A stretch of 64,000 nt of DNA from an uncultured candidatus Porisulfidus sp. GTDB lineage: Bacteria > Pseudomonadota > Gammaproteobacteria > Poriferisulfidales > Poriferisulfidaceae. A program made the translations under genes and the position numbers. Under the pieces are notes generated by a model, which ran no database searches, had not been told where the DNA came from, and saw nothing but the letters and a program-made list of their open reading frames with translations. Positions 29,818 through 42,866 of this stretch are shown in pieces (the first letter of the stretch is position 1; every line of letters starts with the position of its first letter). The stretch lies in the NCBI GenBank assembly GCA_958431155.1, contig OY288106.1, positions 141,161 to 205,160 of the forward strand, written 5' to 3'.

Positions 29818-31463
29818 GCGCCCTGCTTGAGGTCAAGCATCTGCGGGTCGCGTTTGGCACCGGCCCGGACCGGGAGGTTGCCGTCGAAGACATCAGTTTC
29901 TCCATTCCAAAGCAGGGCACCTTCGCGCTGCTCGGAGAGTCCGGCAGCGGCAAGTCGGTGACGGCGCTGAGCGTAATGCGGCTGCTTCCGGAGGCGGCCC
30001 GTATTGAATCCGGCGAAATCCGGCTGAATGGGCAGGACCTGCTGGAGCTACCGGAAGTGCAGATGCGGGGGATTCGCGGCGCCACGATCGGCATGATCTT
30101 CCAGGAGCCGATGATGTCGCTGAACCCGGTGATGACGGTCGGCCAGCAGATATGCGAGCCGTTACGGCGGCACCGGAGGCTGTCGCGGAGGGCCAGCATG
30201 GCCCGGGCACTGGAGTTGCTCGACGCGGTGCGGGTTCCCGATCCCCGGCGGCGCCTGTACGAGTATCCGCACCAGCTGTCGGGAGGAATGAAGCAGCGCG
30301 TGATGATCGCGGGGGCGCTGGCGGCGGAACCCGAACTGCTGATCGCGGACGAGCCGACCACCGCGCTGGACGTCACGATCCAGGCGCAGGTGCTGGAACT
30401 TCTGCGCGAACTGCAGCGCGACCTGGGCATGGCCATGCTGTTCATCACGCACGACCTGGCGGTGGCGAAAAGCATGGCGGATGCGGTCGCCATCATGCAG
30501 CATGGGAGAATCGTAGAGGCGGATTCTGCGGAGGAGTTCTTCGAAAATCCCCGACATGAATACAGCCGCAACCTGTTCGCGGCGCTGCCGGATATCTCCA
30601 AGCGGGGACTGCGGCTGCACGGCAACGGACTCGACTCTGACGATCAAACGGCCAAGCCCGGCCCGGATGTGGAATTAAAACCCCTGCTGGAGGTCGAGAA
30701 CCTGCATGTCCACTTCCCGATCCGCCGGGGCGTATTCCGCCGCGTCGTGGGCAATGTCCGGGCGGTGGACGGCCTGTCCTTCACGCTGCACGAGGGCGAG
30801 ACATTCGCCTTGGTGGGGGAATCTGGCTGCGGCAAGACGACGACCGGCAAGGGCCTGATTCGCCTATTGCCCGTCACGCAGGGGAAGATCCGCTACCGGG
30901 GGCATGACCTGGGCCATTGCTCGGCCCACGAGATGGCCCCGTTCCGGTCGGAGTTGCAGATCGTCTTCCAGGACCCGTTCTCGTCCCTCAATCCCCGCAT
31001 GGTGATTGGCGACATCATCGCCGAGGGGATGCAGGTCTTGGGCTCGGCGCAGGAGGGGGCCGAACGGCGCGAGCGGATCGAGGAATTGCTTCGGCAGGTC
31101 GGGCTGAAGCCCAAGCATCAGAGTCGTTATCCGCATGAATTCTCGGGCGGGCAGCGCCAGCGCATCGCGATCGCCCGGGCCCTGGCGGTCAATCCCCGAC
31201 TGATCGTCTGCGACGAGCCGACCAGCGCGCTGGACGTCACCATCCAGGCCCAGATCCTGAACCTGCTGCAGGACCTGCAGGATCGGCACGGCCTGACTTA
31301 CCTGTTCATCACGCACAACATCGCGGTGGTGTCTTGGATGGCGCACCGCATGGCGGTCATGCACGAGGGACGGATCGTGGAGCAGGGCGACACGGTCGAA
31401 ATCCTGCAGAACCCGCAGCACGAATACACGCGCACGCTGCTGTCGGCAGTGCCCCGGTTGTAG
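29814..31463 (+). CDS. ABC transporter ATP-binding protein with duplicated NBDs (YejF-like)
   Basis: 549 aa; two Walker A (GESGSGKS, GESGCGKT) and two LSGG(M/Q)(K/R)QR signatures. Confidence 0.92.
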   Translation: MSALLEVKHLRVAFGTGPDREVAVEDISFSIPKQGTFALLGESGSGKSVTALSVMRLLPEAARIESGEIRLNGQDLLELPEVQMRGIRGATIGMIFQEPMMSLNPVMTVGQQICEPLRRHRRLSRRASMARALELLDAVRVPDPRRRLYEYPHQLSGGMKQRVMIAGALAAEPELLIADEPTTALDVTIQAQVLELLRELQRDLGMAMLFITHDLAVAKSMADAVAIMQHGRIVEADSAEEFFENPRHEYSRNLFAALPDISKRGLRLHGNGLDSDDQTAKPGPDVELKPLLEVENLHVHFPIRRGVFRRVVGNVRAVDGLSFTLHEGETFALVGESGCGKTTTGKGLIRLLPVTQGKIRYRGHDLGHCSAHEMAPFRSELQIVFQDPFSSLNPRMVIGDIIAEGMQVLGSAQEGAERRERIEELLRQVGLKPKHQSRYPHEFSGGQRQRIAIARALAVNPRLIVCDEPTSALDVTIQAQILNLLQDLQDRHGLTYLFITHNIAVVSWMAHRMAVMHEGRIVEQGDTVEILQNPQHEYTRTLLSAVPRL

Positions 31464-31530
31464 TCGCCATGGCGGCGATGTCTTGCCCGTCTATGCTCGC
31501 CGACGGGAGGCGCATACAGGAGAAAAAACG

Positions 31531-31689
31531 CTACCGACGCAGCATCGCCGCGATTCCCACGGCCAGCCCTGCCAGCAGCAGGAGATAGCCGATCCCATGG
31601 TCATGAACGGCTCCGGTGTCGTGCCCGGAGGCGGGCAGGGCGAAGAACAGCATGGGCAGGACGGTCGCGATTCGGCGTGAGAGTTTCAT
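31531..31689 (-). CDS. 52-aa UreJ/HupE-like micro-protein (signal peptide + His-rich motif HDTGAVHDHG + one TM)
   Basis: GGAG RBS 6 nt upstream of Met; located immediately downstream of ureG where ureJ/hupE commonly sits; much shorter than canonical ~190-aa HupE/UreJ. Confidence 0.4.
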   Translation of the reverse strand: MKLSRRIATVLPMLFFALPASGHDTGAVHDHGIGYLLLLAGLAVGIAAMLRR

Positions 31690-31717
31690 GGAGTTTCTCC
31701 AATTCAAAGTGTTTTTC

Positions 31718-32358
<641 letters not shown>

Positions 32359-32362
<4 letters not shown>

Positions 32363-33069
32363 GAACGGAACAGGCGGGTGTACTGGGTTTCGTGGCGGGC
32401 AGAGGCCCAGTCCACCATCAGGGCGGCCTGTCCGATGTCCTCCCGGTCCCGTTCCAGGGCTTGTGCAGTCGCATCGAGGATCACCGGCTCCAGGTCGGCC
32501 AGCGCCTGCTGGCCGTCGCTCTGTCCCAAGGGGATGACCCGGATGCCGGCGGAGACCAGGTTGGCTGCCAGCGCATGGAGGTAGGCGGCCAGCGCGGGCT
32601 TGAGCGGGATATCCTGTGCGGCCGTGACGGCCCCGACTGCCACGGGGTAGACCATCGGGCGCTGTTGTGCCTCAGCCTGTTCGCAGGCCCAGTCGAGTCC
32701 GGCCGCCGGCCACGGGCGGGCGATTGCGGCAAGAAATGCCTGGCCTTGGTTTTCTGTTTCCTCGCCGAGCTCCCGGGTTGCCCGCATGGTGTCGCCGCGC
32801 TCCAGCGCCCAGATGAACAAGGTCTCGTCGCGGTTTCGGACCGCTTCGTGAGCGGCGCGATACAGGTCCGCATCCACCCGCCCGGTTCCGCTTTCGATGA
32901 CTTCGGCGATCCAGTCGCGCAGCGTACTCCGGTCGTGGATCAGGCCGGTTTCCACGGCATACTCGATGCCGTGCGAGTAGCTGTAGGCACCGACCGGAAA
33001 CGATGGCGACAACCAGTTCATCAGGCGAACCAGTTGCGCATCACCGACAGAGACGCCGTTAGTGCTCAT
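32359..33069 (-). CDS. ureF: urease accessory protein UreF
   Basis: UreF fold motif [17 protein letters not shown]; internal Met start; overlaps ureE end. Confidence 0.85.
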
Positions 33070-33540
33070 GCGCGTGGGTATGGTCGTGGTGTCCGTCGCC
33101 GCGCGAGGCGTAGGCGCCGGGTTCGGGGGAGAAAGGGGCTTGGTGCCGATGAACCTGTGCTCCCAGTTGCCGGGCCATCTCGACGATGACATGGTCGTCC
33201 CGGATTCGCAGGGCGCCATCCGCCAGCACTTGGATGGGAATGTGCCGGTTGCCGATGTGCCAGGCGATCCGGGCAGTTTCGGAGGGCCCGTGGCAGCTCA
33301 GGTCCGCAACCGGCTCTTCGGCCGCCACGACGCGCACATAACCGCCGTCCTCCAGCACCAGGCCGTCGCCTTCGCCCAGGCGTACCGCTTGGGGCAGGTC
33401 CAGGAGAAACGCTTTCCCTTCGTCGGTGGTGAGCCGGATCCGGCGCCGGTGGCGGCCGTCGTAGTCCAGAGTGACCGTGGCGCACTGCCGCTCAATGGGC
33501 CACTCGTTGGCCGAAGCGACGGTGGTTGCGCGCGCCAGCA

Positions 33541-33541
<1 letters not shown>
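33059..33541 (-). CDS. ureE: urease accessory protein UreE (His-rich C-terminus)
   Basis: 160 aa ending [13 protein letters not shown]. Confidence 0.88.
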
Positions 33542-35250
<1,709 letters not shown>

Positions 35251-35253
35251 GGC

Positions 35254-35565
35254 TCAGTCCCCCAGGGGTCCGTTGATGGCGCCGTTGAATCCGTATACCT
35301 GGCCTGCACCGGCGTAGCGCACCAGGGTTACTTCACGGCTCTGCCCCGGCTCGAAGCGCACGGCCGTGCCGGCCGGGATGTCGAGACGGTACCCGCGTGC
35401 GGCTTGGCGGTCGAAATCGAGGGCCGCGTTGACTTCGAAGAAGTGGTAGTGGGAGCCGACCTGCACCGGGCGGTCGCCGGTGTTGGACACGGTCAAGGTC
35501 ACGGTCTCGCGGTCCGCGTTGAGGAGCAGGTCGCCTTTGGCCGGGAGGATTTCGCCGGGAATCAT
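35254..35565 (-). CDS. ureB: urease subunit beta
   Basis: 103 aa; MIPGE start, HYHFFE motif. Confidence 0.95.
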   Translation of the reverse strand: MIPGEILPAKGDLLLNADRETVTLTVSNTGDRPVQVGSHYHFFEVNAALDFDRQAARGYRLDIPAGTAVRFEPGQSREVTLVRYAGAGQVYGFNGAINGPLGD

Positions 35566-35568
35566 GGT

Positions 35569-35871
35569 TCAGCGAATCGGGTTGTGGACGGTGACCAGCT
35601 TGGTCCCGTCGGGAAAGGTCGCTTCGACCTGGATGTCGTGGATCATGTCCGCCACGCCGTCCATGACCTCGTCGCGGCCGAGCACCGTGGCGCCGTCGCG
35701 CATCAGTTCGGCGACGCTGCGCCCGTCGCGCGCGCCCTCGACCACGAAGTCGCTGATCAGGGCGATCGCTTCCGGGTGGTTGAGCTTGACGCCCCGCGCG
35801 CGCCTGCGGCGCGCGACCTCGGCGGCCATGGCGATGAGCAGCTTGTCTTTCTCGCGCGGTGTCAGGTTCAT
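35569..35871 (-). CDS. ureA: urease subunit gamma
   Basis: 100 aa; [13 protein letters not shown] start. Confidence 0.95.
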   Translation of the reverse strand: MNLTPREKDKLLIAMAAEVARRRRARGVKLNHPEAIALISDFVVEGARDGRSVAELMRDGATVLGRDEVMDGVADMIHDIQVEATFPDGTKLVTVHNPIR

Positions 35872-35884
35872 GGCGTCCCCCCTG

Positions 35885-36721
35885 TCAAGCCTGCCACAAC
35901 CTCGGCATTATAGGCGGATAGCCGGCCAGGTGATGGCGGAACGCCGCCCAGAACCGGCCGTAGGCATCGCGCAACTGCAGGCTGTCCCGCCCGAGCCAGC
36001 GGATTACGAGAACGTTTCCCACACAACTCGCGGCCACGCGCAAGGATCCCTCCACCGATTCGTCGATCAGGCTCCGGGCTGGCTCGAGATGCCGGGCGGC
36101 ATCGTCGCCGACGTAAAGGATGCTCGCGCAGGCGCGTGCGCCGTCCAGGCCGGCCGCCGCGTCGCTCACCCGTTCGAATCCGGAATTCAGGTGCAGGGCG
36201 TCCGACCAGACCAGGCGGTCGTCCCAATAGACGTCCCAAGCCTCATGCAGCAAGCCCTGGCGCATGCGCTCGCCCATGGCGGTGCGCCCGAGCACCACCA
36301 TTTCCCCGCACAGCAGACGCGCGCCGGGGACGGCCCGGATCTCGGTCGAGCGCCGCAGCCGCGAGGAGTCGAACAGGATGGTTTCCTGCGGCAGCCACTC
36401 CAGCCAGGAATCCGCTTCTGCCCGCAACTCGATCCCGATGCGGGAATCCGCGCCGGTGGAGCGATAGATTTTTTCCGCCGCCTGGGCCAGAACCCGTCCG
36501 GCCGCACCTTTGCGGCTTGAGATGCGGACCTCCAACTGGTCGCCGCCGACCAGCCCGCCCGACGTGGTGACCAGGACGCCGGTGAGCGGCTCGCCCGTCA
36601 CGTGACGAGGGAACAGCATGCGCAGCGGATTGTGCTGGTACAGCTCGCCGATCACCGTGTTGCCGCGATCTGCCCTGAAGCTCAGGGCGGCGGCGCCATC
36701 CGTGACGGGAGATGCGCTCAT
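35885..36721 (-). CDS. ureD: urease accessory protein UreD
   Basis: 278 aa from internal Met directly after urtE stop; UreD/UreH-like; long 450-aa ORF extension is spurious. Confidence 0.8.
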   Translation of the reverse strand: MSASPVTDGAAALSFRADRGNTVIGELYQHNPLRMLFPRHVTGEPLTGVLVTTSGGLVGGDQLEVRISSRKGAAGRVLAQAAEKIYRSTGADSRIGIELRAEADSWLEWLPQETILFDSSRLRRSTEIRAVPGARLLCGEMVVLGRTAMGERMRQGLLHEAWDVYWDDRLVWSDALHLNSGFERVSDAAAGLDGARACASILYVGDDAARHLEPARSLIDESVEGSLRVAASCVGNVLVIRWLGRDSLQLRDAYGRFWAAFRHHLAGYPPIMPRLWQA

Positions 36722-37413
36722 ACGGTGAGGTGCCGGCGGATGTCGGCCTCCTCGAAGTCGCCGATCGGGCCTGAAAGCAGGATGCGTCCGCGGTCCATGA
36801 CCGCGACGTCGTCGGCCAGGTCGCAGGCCAGTTCGTAGTACTGCTCGACCAGCAGCACGGCCATGTCGCCGCGCTTGCCGAGCAACCGGATGACTTTTTC
36901 GATGTCCTTGATGATCGAGGGCTGGATGCCTTCGGTGGGTTCGTCCAGCAGCAGCAGGCTGGGACGGGTGACCAGTGCGCGGCCGATCGCGAGCTGCTGC
37001 TGCTGCCCGCCCGACAGGTCGCCGCCGCGCCGGCTCAACATGTCGCCCAGCACCGGGAACAGTTCGAACACCTCCGGCGGGATGCGCGCGTCGCTGCGCG
37101 GCAGGCAGTTGAAGCCGGTCATCAGGTTCTCCTCCACCGTCAGGCGGGGGAAGATGTCCCGACCCTGCGGCACGTAGGCAATGCCGCGGTGGGCACGGCT
37201 GTGCGCGGGCAGGTGGGTGATGTCCTCGTCGTCCCACAGGACCTGCCCGCTGCGCACCGGGACCTGTCCGGTCAGGCCGCGCAGGAAACTGGTCTTGCCG
37301 ACGCCGTTGCGTCCCAGCAGGCAGGTGATGCGCCCGCGCTCGGCGGTGATGTGGGCGTCGCGCAGGATGTGGCTCGCGCCGTAATACAGGTTGATTTCGG
37401 TGGCGGTCAACAT
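36718..37413 (-). CDS. urtE: urea ABC transporter ATP-binding protein UrtE
   Basis: 231 aa; Walker A GRNGVGKTS, LSGGQQQQL signature (branched-chain/urea family). Confidence 0.88.
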   Translation of the reverse strand: MLTATEINLYYGASHILRDAHITAERGRITCLLGRNGVGKTSFLRGLTGQVPVRSGQVLWDDEDITHLPAHSRAHRGIAYVPQGRDIFPRLTVEENLMTGFNCLPRSDARIPPEVFELFPVLGDMLSRRGGDLSGGQQQQLAIGRALVTRPSLLLLDEPTEGIQPSIIKDIEKVIRLLGKRGDMAVLLVEQYYELACDLADDVAVMDRGRILLSGPIGDFEEADIRRHLTV

Positions 37414-37414
37414 C

Positions 37415-38209
37415 TTATCGTCCCAGGTAGACTTCGATGACGCGGGGGTCCGACTGGATGGCGTCCATCGGGCCTTCGGCGATGACCTGGCCCTCGTCGA
37501 GCACTGTGACCCGGCAGTCCAGGTCGCGCACGAAGTTCATGTCGTGCTCCACCACGACCAGCGAGTGCGTGTTCGAGATTTCGTGCAGCAGCTCCACGGT
37601 CTGTTCGGTCTCGGCATCGGTCATGCCGGCGACCGGTTCGTCGAGCAGCATCAGATCGGGCTCCTGCACCAGCAGCATGCCGATCTCCAACCACTGCTTC
37701 TGTCCGTGCGACAGGGCGCCGGCCGCGCGGTCGCGCTGCGCGGTCAGCCGGATGGTCTCGAGGGCCTGCTCGATGCGCCCGGTCTGCTCGGGGCTGATGC
37801 CGGAGAACAGGGTAAACAGGATGCGGCGGTCGGCCCTCAGGGCGAGCGACAGGTTCTCGAACACGGTCAGGTTCTCGAATACGGTCGGCTTCTGGAACTT
37901 CCGGCCGATGCCAAGGTTGGCGATTTCCGTCTCGTTGAGCGCGGTCAGGTCGATGCGGTCGGCGAACAGCACCTCGCCCTGGTCGGGGCGGGTGCGGCCG
38001 GTGACCACGTCCATCATGGTGGTCTTGCCGGCCCCGTTGGGGCCGATGATGGCGCGCATCTCGCCGCGGTCGATGATCAGGCTCAGGGAGTTGAGCGCGC
38101 GGAAGCCGTCGAAGCTGACCGAGACGCCGTCCAGGTAGAGCAAGGTCTCCGGCGCGATGTGATGGGGCTCGGGCAAGTCGGGCGCGACGGTGGTGTCAGG
38201 CGGATGCAT
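37415..38209 (-). CDS. urtD: urea ABC transporter ATP-binding protein UrtD
   Basis: 264 aa; Walker A GPNGAGKTT, LSHGQKQWLEIG signature. Confidence 0.88.
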   Translation of the reverse strand: MHPPDTTVAPDLPEPHHIAPETLLYLDGVSVSFDGFRALNSLSLIIDRGEMRAIIGPNGAGKTTMMDVVTGRTRPDQGEVLFADRIDLTALNETEIANLGIGRKFQKPTVFENLTVFENLSLALRADRRILFTLFSGISPEQTGRIEQALETIRLTAQRDRAAGALSHGQKQWLEIGMLLVQEPDLMLLDEPVAGMTDAETEQTVELLHEISNTHSLVVVEHDMNFVRDLDCRVTVLDEGQVIAEGPMDAIQSDPRVIEVYLGR

Positions 38210-39338
38210 GGGAATCCGAGCGGGAAGTTTTGGCGATGGCGCGGCGTTCGTGCCACTGCCGGACCACGCCGACCAGGCCGCGCGGCATCAGCAGGGTGAC
38301 CAGGATGAACAGGGCGCCGAGGAAGAACAGCCAGATCTCCGGTGCGATGCCGGTCAGCAGGCTTTTCGCGCCGTTGACCGCGACCGCGCCCGCAGCCGCA
38401 CCGAACAGCGTGCCGCGACCGCCGACCGCGACCCAGATCGCGATCTCGATAGATTTAGCCGGGGTGAATTCTCCGGGGTTGATGATGCCGACCTGCGGCA
38501 CGTACAGCGCGCCGGCGATGCCGGCCAGCATGGCCGACAGCGTGAACACGAACAGCTTGGCCCGGGTCACCGAGTAGCCCAGGAAACGCACGCGGCTCTC
38601 GGCGTCGCGTACCGCGATCAGCACCCGGCCGAGCTTCGACGTGACCACGTAGCGGCACAACAGGTAGACGAGCCCGAGCATCAGTGCGGAGGCGAGGTAC
38701 AGCCCGACCTTGGTGGTGGAAGCCGACAGGTCGAAGCCGAGCAGGTCCTTGAAGTCGGTCAGCCCGTTGTTGCCGCCGAAGCCCATCTCGTTGCGGAAGA
38801 ACGCCAGCATCATGGCGAACACCATGGCCTGGCTGATGATGGAGAAGTACACGCCGGTGATTCGCGAGCGGAAGGCCAGCCAGCCGAACACGAACGCGAG
38901 GCTGCCCGGCACCAGCATGGCCATCAGCACGGCGAAGGCGAAACTGTCGAACCCGAACCAGTACCAGGGCAATTCCTTCCAGTTCAGGAACACCATGAAG
39001 TCGGGCAACTCCGGATGCCCGTACACGCCGCGCTCGCCGATCTGGCGCATCAGGTACATGCCCATGGCGTAGCCGCCGAGGCCGAAGAATGCGCCGTGGC
39101 CGAGGCTCAGGATCCCCGCGTAGCCCCAGATCAGGTCTAGCGCCAGCGCCAGCATCGCGAAGCACAGGAACTTGCCGAGCGTCGTGACCCAGAAGGTCGA
39201 CACGTGCAGCCAGGCGTCCTGCGGCACGACCAGGTTCAACACCGGCACGACCAGCATCAACACGGCGGCGAGGCCCATGAATACGGTCCAGCCGCGGCGA
39301 GACTCCAGGGCGAACAGGCGCGAGGAGAGCGGTCCCAT
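38196..39338 (-). CDS. urtC: urea ABC transporter permease UrtC
   Basis: 380 aa LivM-type permease. Confidence 0.85.
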   Translation of the reverse strand: MGPLSSRLFALESRRGWTVFMGLAAVLMLVVPVLNLVVPQDAWLHVSTFWVTTLGKFLCFAMLALALDLIWGYAGILSLGHGAFFGLGGYAMGMYLMRQIGERGVYGHPELPDFMVFLNWKELPWYWFGFDSFAFAVLMAMLVPGSLAFVFGWLAFRSRITGVYFSIISQAMVFAMMLAFFRNEMGFGGNNGLTDFKDLLGFDLSASTTKVGLYLASALMLGLVYLLCRYVVTSKLGRVLIAVRDAESRVRFLGYSVTRAKLFVFTLSAMLAGIAGALYVPQVGIINPGEFTPAKSIEIAIWVAVGGRGTLFGAAAGAVAVNGAKSLLTGIAPEIWLFFLGALFILVTLLMPRGLVGVVRQWHERRAIAKTSRSDSHASA

Positions 39339-39341
39339 GGC

Positions 39342-41000
39342 CTAGTCGCCGGCGGCGCGGCCCTTCAGCGCGAACAGGCCGCGCGGGCGCATCTGGATGA
39401 ACAGGATGATGAAGATCAGCACCACGATCTTGCCGAGGATGGCGCCGGAGACGGGCTCCAGGAACTTGTTGACGATGCCGAGGCTGAAGGCGCCGACGAT
39501 GGTGCCCCACAGGCTGCCTACGCCGCCGAATACCACCACCATGAAGCTGTCGACGATGAAGTTCTGGCCGAGGTTCGGGCTGACGTTGGAGATCTGGCTC
39601 AGCGCCATGCCGGCGACCCCGGCAATGCCGGACCCCAGTGCGAAGGTCAGGGCGTCGACCTGTCCGGTGCGGATGCCCATGGAGGCGGCCATCGAGCGGT
39701 TCTGGGTGACCGCGCGCATATTCAGGCCGAAGCGCGAATAGCGGATGAACGCGGCCAGCGCGGCGACCACCGCCAGGCAGAACAGGATGATGCACAGGCG
39801 GTTGAGCGTGACCGTCACGCCGCCGGCGATCTCGACGGCGCCGGAGATCCATTCGGGATTGGCAACCTCGCGGTTGTTGGCGCCGAACAGCGAGCGCACC
39901 AGCTGCTGCAGGATCAGGCTGATGCCCCAGGTGGCCAGCAGGGTCTCGAGCGGCCGCCCGTACAGGAAGCGGATGACCCCGCGCTCGATCAGCACGCCCA
40001 TGGCGGCGGACATCAGGAAGGCGACGGGCAGGGCGGCGAGCAGGTAGAACCCGAACAGTTCGGGCGGGATCACGCTGCGGAAGATCTCCTGCACCATGAA
40101 GGTGGAGTAGGCGCCCAGCATGATCATTTCGCCATGCGCCATGTTGATGACGCCCATCACGCCGAAGGTGATCGCCAATCCGATCGCGGCCAGCAGCAGC
40201 ACCGAGCCGAGGCTGATCCCGAACAGCAGGTTCTCGGCGATGCCGAACAGCCACAGCTTCCGGTCGATGGTTTCGACCGCGCTATGCAGGGCGTCTCGGA
40301 CTGCGGGGTCCGGTTCGATATCCGGTTGCAGGCGACGCTTCAGCAGCGAGTGGATGTCCGGATCGGAGATCTCGGCCAAGGTGGTGGCGGCTGCCAGGCG
40401 CAGGGCTGGATCGTCCGCTTCCAACTCCAGCACGGCGATGCCGATTTCCAGCTTGGCCCGGACCGCGTCATCGGTCTCCCGGTCCCGCGCTTGGCGAAAC
40501 AGGGGCAGGGCCTGGGGCTTGGGGTTCTTGATCAGGTTGTCCGCGGCTTCGAGCCGTTGACCGGGGTCGTCGCTGAACAGCGCCAACCGGCCGGCAACGC
40601 CGCGAATCAATCGGCGCAGTCGGTTGTTGACCTTGATTTTCTTTAATTCTTTTTTCCCGGCCTTGGGTTCGGACCGTCCGCTCGCCGCATCCTGTATGGT
40701 GTACTGTTTTCCAGCGCGTTCCGCGATGACGATCCGGCCGTCTTCGCGTACGTACAGCCGGCCCTTGGCGAGCGCCCCCAGCACTTCGAGGACGCGAGGC
40801 CCGCCGAGAGCTCCCAGGTGTTCGATAGCCTGGGCCTTCTGCTTGAATTTCTTGGTGTCGAGAGCCTGCAGCGCGGCGTGGAGGTCAGCCTCGGACGGTT
40901 CGGCTGCAGCAGGTGCCGCGGCGAACAGCAGGGCTGCGCCCAGTGCGGCGGTTCCGAGGATTTTTCCTCCGGACCGGCCTTTGCGTGTCAGGTGGACCAT
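39342..41000 (-). CDS. urtB: urea ABC transporter permease UrtB (long N-terminal periplasmic extension)
   Basis: 552 aa; signal peptide + ~240-aa repeat-containing N-domain + LivH-type permease. Confidence 0.85.
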   Translation of the reverse strand: MVHLTRKGRSGGKILGTAALGAALLFAAAPAAAEPSEADLHAALQALDTKKFKQKAQAIEHLGALGGPRVLEVLGALAKGRLYVREDGRIVIAERAGKQYTIQDAASGRSEPKAGKKELKKIKVNNRLRRLIRGVAGRLALFSDDPGQRLEAADNLIKNPKPQALPLFRQARDRETDDAVRAKLEIGIAVLELEADDPALRLAAATTLAEISDPDIHSLLKRRLQPDIEPDPAVRDALHSAVETIDRKLWLFGIAENLLFGISLGSVLLLAAIGLAITFGVMGVINMAHGEMIMLGAYSTFMVQEIFRSVIPPELFGFYLLAALPVAFLMSAAMGVLIERGVIRFLYGRPLETLLATWGISLILQQLVRSLFGANNREVANPEWISGAVEIAGGVTVTLNRLCIILFCLAVVAALAAFIRYSRFGLNMRAVTQNRSMAASMGIRTGQVDALTFALGSGIAGVAGMALSQISNVSPNLGQNFIVDSFMVVVFGGVGSLWGTIVGAFSLGIVNKFLEPVSGAILGKIVVLIFIILFIQMRPRGLFALKGRAAGD

Positions 41001-41086
41001 GGCGTTGTACCCGGCCTATTATTATCCGCTACGGGCGGATCCTAAGGCCAGGCCGGCGGCGGGGCCGCCGGCCTGTGCCAGAGAGG

Positions 41087-42361
41087 TTACGAGCTGGGCT
41101 TCTCGCAGTTGCCGCAAGAGAACGGCTCGGTCCAGTCGGACATCAGCTTGGCGCTTTCCGGGATGAAGTCGGACCAGGCGTCGCCGGGGACCACGCCGTC
41201 GGTCTCCCAGACCACTTCAAACTGCCCGTCGTCCTGGATCTCGCCGATCAGCACCGGCTTCGACAGGTGATGGTTGACGTTCATGACTGCCGTGCCGCCG
41301 GTCAGGTTCGGGGCGGTCTGGCCGTACATGGCGGCGCGCACCGCGTCGATGTCGGTGGTGCCGGCCTTCTCGACCGCCTGCACCCACATCTGGAAGCCGA
41401 TGTAGTGGGCTTCCATCGGGTCGTTGAACACACGGGTGTCCTTGCCGATGAACTCGTGCCACTTGGCGATGACGGCGGAGTTGTGGTCGTCCTCGACGCT
41501 CATGAAGTAGTTCCAGGCGGCCAGGTGCCCGACCAACGGGCCGGTGTCGATGCCGGCGAGCTCTTCCTCGCCGACCGAGAAGGCCACGACCGGAATGTCT
41601 TCCGCCGCGATGCCCTGGTTGCCCAGTTCCTTGTAGAACGGTACGTTGGCGTCGCCGTTGATGGTCGACACCACGGCGGTCTTCTTGCCGGCCGAAGCGA
41701 ACTTCTTGATGTCCGATACGATCGTCTGCCAGTCGGAATGCCCGAACGGCGTGTAGTTGATCATGATGTCTTCTTCCGCCACGCCCTTGGCCTTGAGGAA
41801 TGCCTCGAGGATCTTGTTGGTGGTACGCGGATAGACGTAGTCGGTGCCGGCCAGGACCCAGCGTTCCACGGAACCGCCGTCCTCGCTCATCAGGTACTCC
41901 ACAGCGGGAATCGCCTGCTGGTTCGGCGCGGCGCCGGTGTAGAAGATGTTGCGGGAGGATTCCTCGCCCTCATACTGGACCGGATAGAACAGCATGCCGT
42001 TGAGTTCCTCGAACACCGGAAGCACGGATTTGCGAGAGACCGAAGTCCAGCAGCCGAACACGACGTCGACCTCGTGCTGCTCGATCAGTTCGCGAGCCTT
42101 CTCCGCGAACAGCGGCCAGTCCGAGGCGGGGTCGACGACCACCGCTTCCAGTTTCCGGCCGAGCACGCCGCCCTTGGCGTTCTGCTCGCTGATTAGGAAC
42201 TCCATCACGTCCTTCAGCGCGGTTTCGCTGATGGCCATGGTTCCGGACAAGGAGTGAAGGACGCCGACCTTGATCGGTTCGTCAGCTCGCACTCCCTCTG
42301 AAGCCGCGAGTGAGCCTGCAAACAGACACACCGCAGCCATAAGCTTGCTAACAGTTTTCAT
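41087..42361 (-). CDS. urtA: urea ABC transporter substrate-binding protein UrtA
   Basis: 424 aa; signal peptide; Leu/Ile/Val-BP-like fold sequence typical of UrtA; adjacent to urtBCDE and urease. Confidence 0.88.
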   Translation of the reverse strand: MKTVSKLMAAVCLFAGSLAASEGVRADEPIKVGVLHSLSGTMAISETALKDVMEFLISEQNAKGGVLGRKLEAVVVDPASDWPLFAEKARELIEQHEVDVVFGCWTSVSRKSVLPVFEELNGMLFYPVQYEGEESSRNIFYTGAAPNQQAIPAVEYLMSEDGGSVERWVLAGTDYVYPRTTNKILEAFLKAKGVAEEDIMINYTPFGHSDWQTIVSDIKKFASAGKKTAVVSTINGDANVPFYKELGNQGIAAEDIPVVAFSVGEEELAGIDTGPLVGHLAAWNYFMSVEDDHNSAVIAKWHEFIGKDTRVFNDPMEAHYIGFQMWVQAVEKAGTTDIDAVRAAMYGQTAPNLTGGTAVMNVNHHLSKPVLIGEIQDDGQFEVVWETDGVVPGDAWSDFIPESAKLMSDWTEPFSCGNCEKPSS

Positions 42362-42521
42362 AATTTCCCCTGTTTTGCTTGTTAAAAAAGCAAGAGAACC
42401 ACTCCGGATCCGGGAGCCCTCCCGGCCGGGATCGCTGATTCAAGATCAGATTGCCCTCTCGCGGGCTATTTTAGCATGACCCCAAAGAGAGTGTGGAGAT
42501 GCGCCGGACGGAGGTGGCGGA

Positions 42522-42866
42522 TCAGCGTTCCGCGACCGGTGTCAGCACCTCGCGGAAGAAGGGCAGCCAGGACAGCAGCAGCCACAGTACGAAGACGACT
42601 TCCGCCGCCAACACCCGCCGCCAGCGTGCACGAGCCTCGGGCAGGGCGTCGGCGAGGCGGACCGACGACATGAGAATGTCGAACAGCAGCACGAAGAATA
42701 CCAGCGGGGCCGCCGCCGGCAGGACGAGGGTGCGGATCAGGGCGAGGCCCTGCAGGCTCAGCGGCACGCCCGGGTCGGTCGCAGACAGTGCGAGGATGCC
42801 GGTCAGCGCCAGCAGTGCCATGCGCAGGACGCCCAGTTCGGCGGCGAACGCGCGGGCCGAGATCAT
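42522..42866 (-). CDS. small hydrophobic membrane protein (4 predicted TM), translationally coupled to sat
   Basis: 114 aa; ATGA overlap with sat stop; no recognisable motif. Confidence 0.45.
   Translation of the reverse strand: MISARAFAAELGVLRMALLALTGILALSATDPGVPLSLQGLALIRTLVLPAAAPLVFFVLLFDILMSSVRLADALPEARARWRRVLAAEVVFVLWLLLSWLPFFREVLTPVAER

Noticed and set aside
42362-42521. Sigma-54 promoter upstream of urtA (urea uptake is often NtrC-controlled)
   Set aside because: No GG-N10-GC arrangement with correct spacing found on the minus strand. Only short hairpins (CCGGGA-gccc-TCCCGG) are present.
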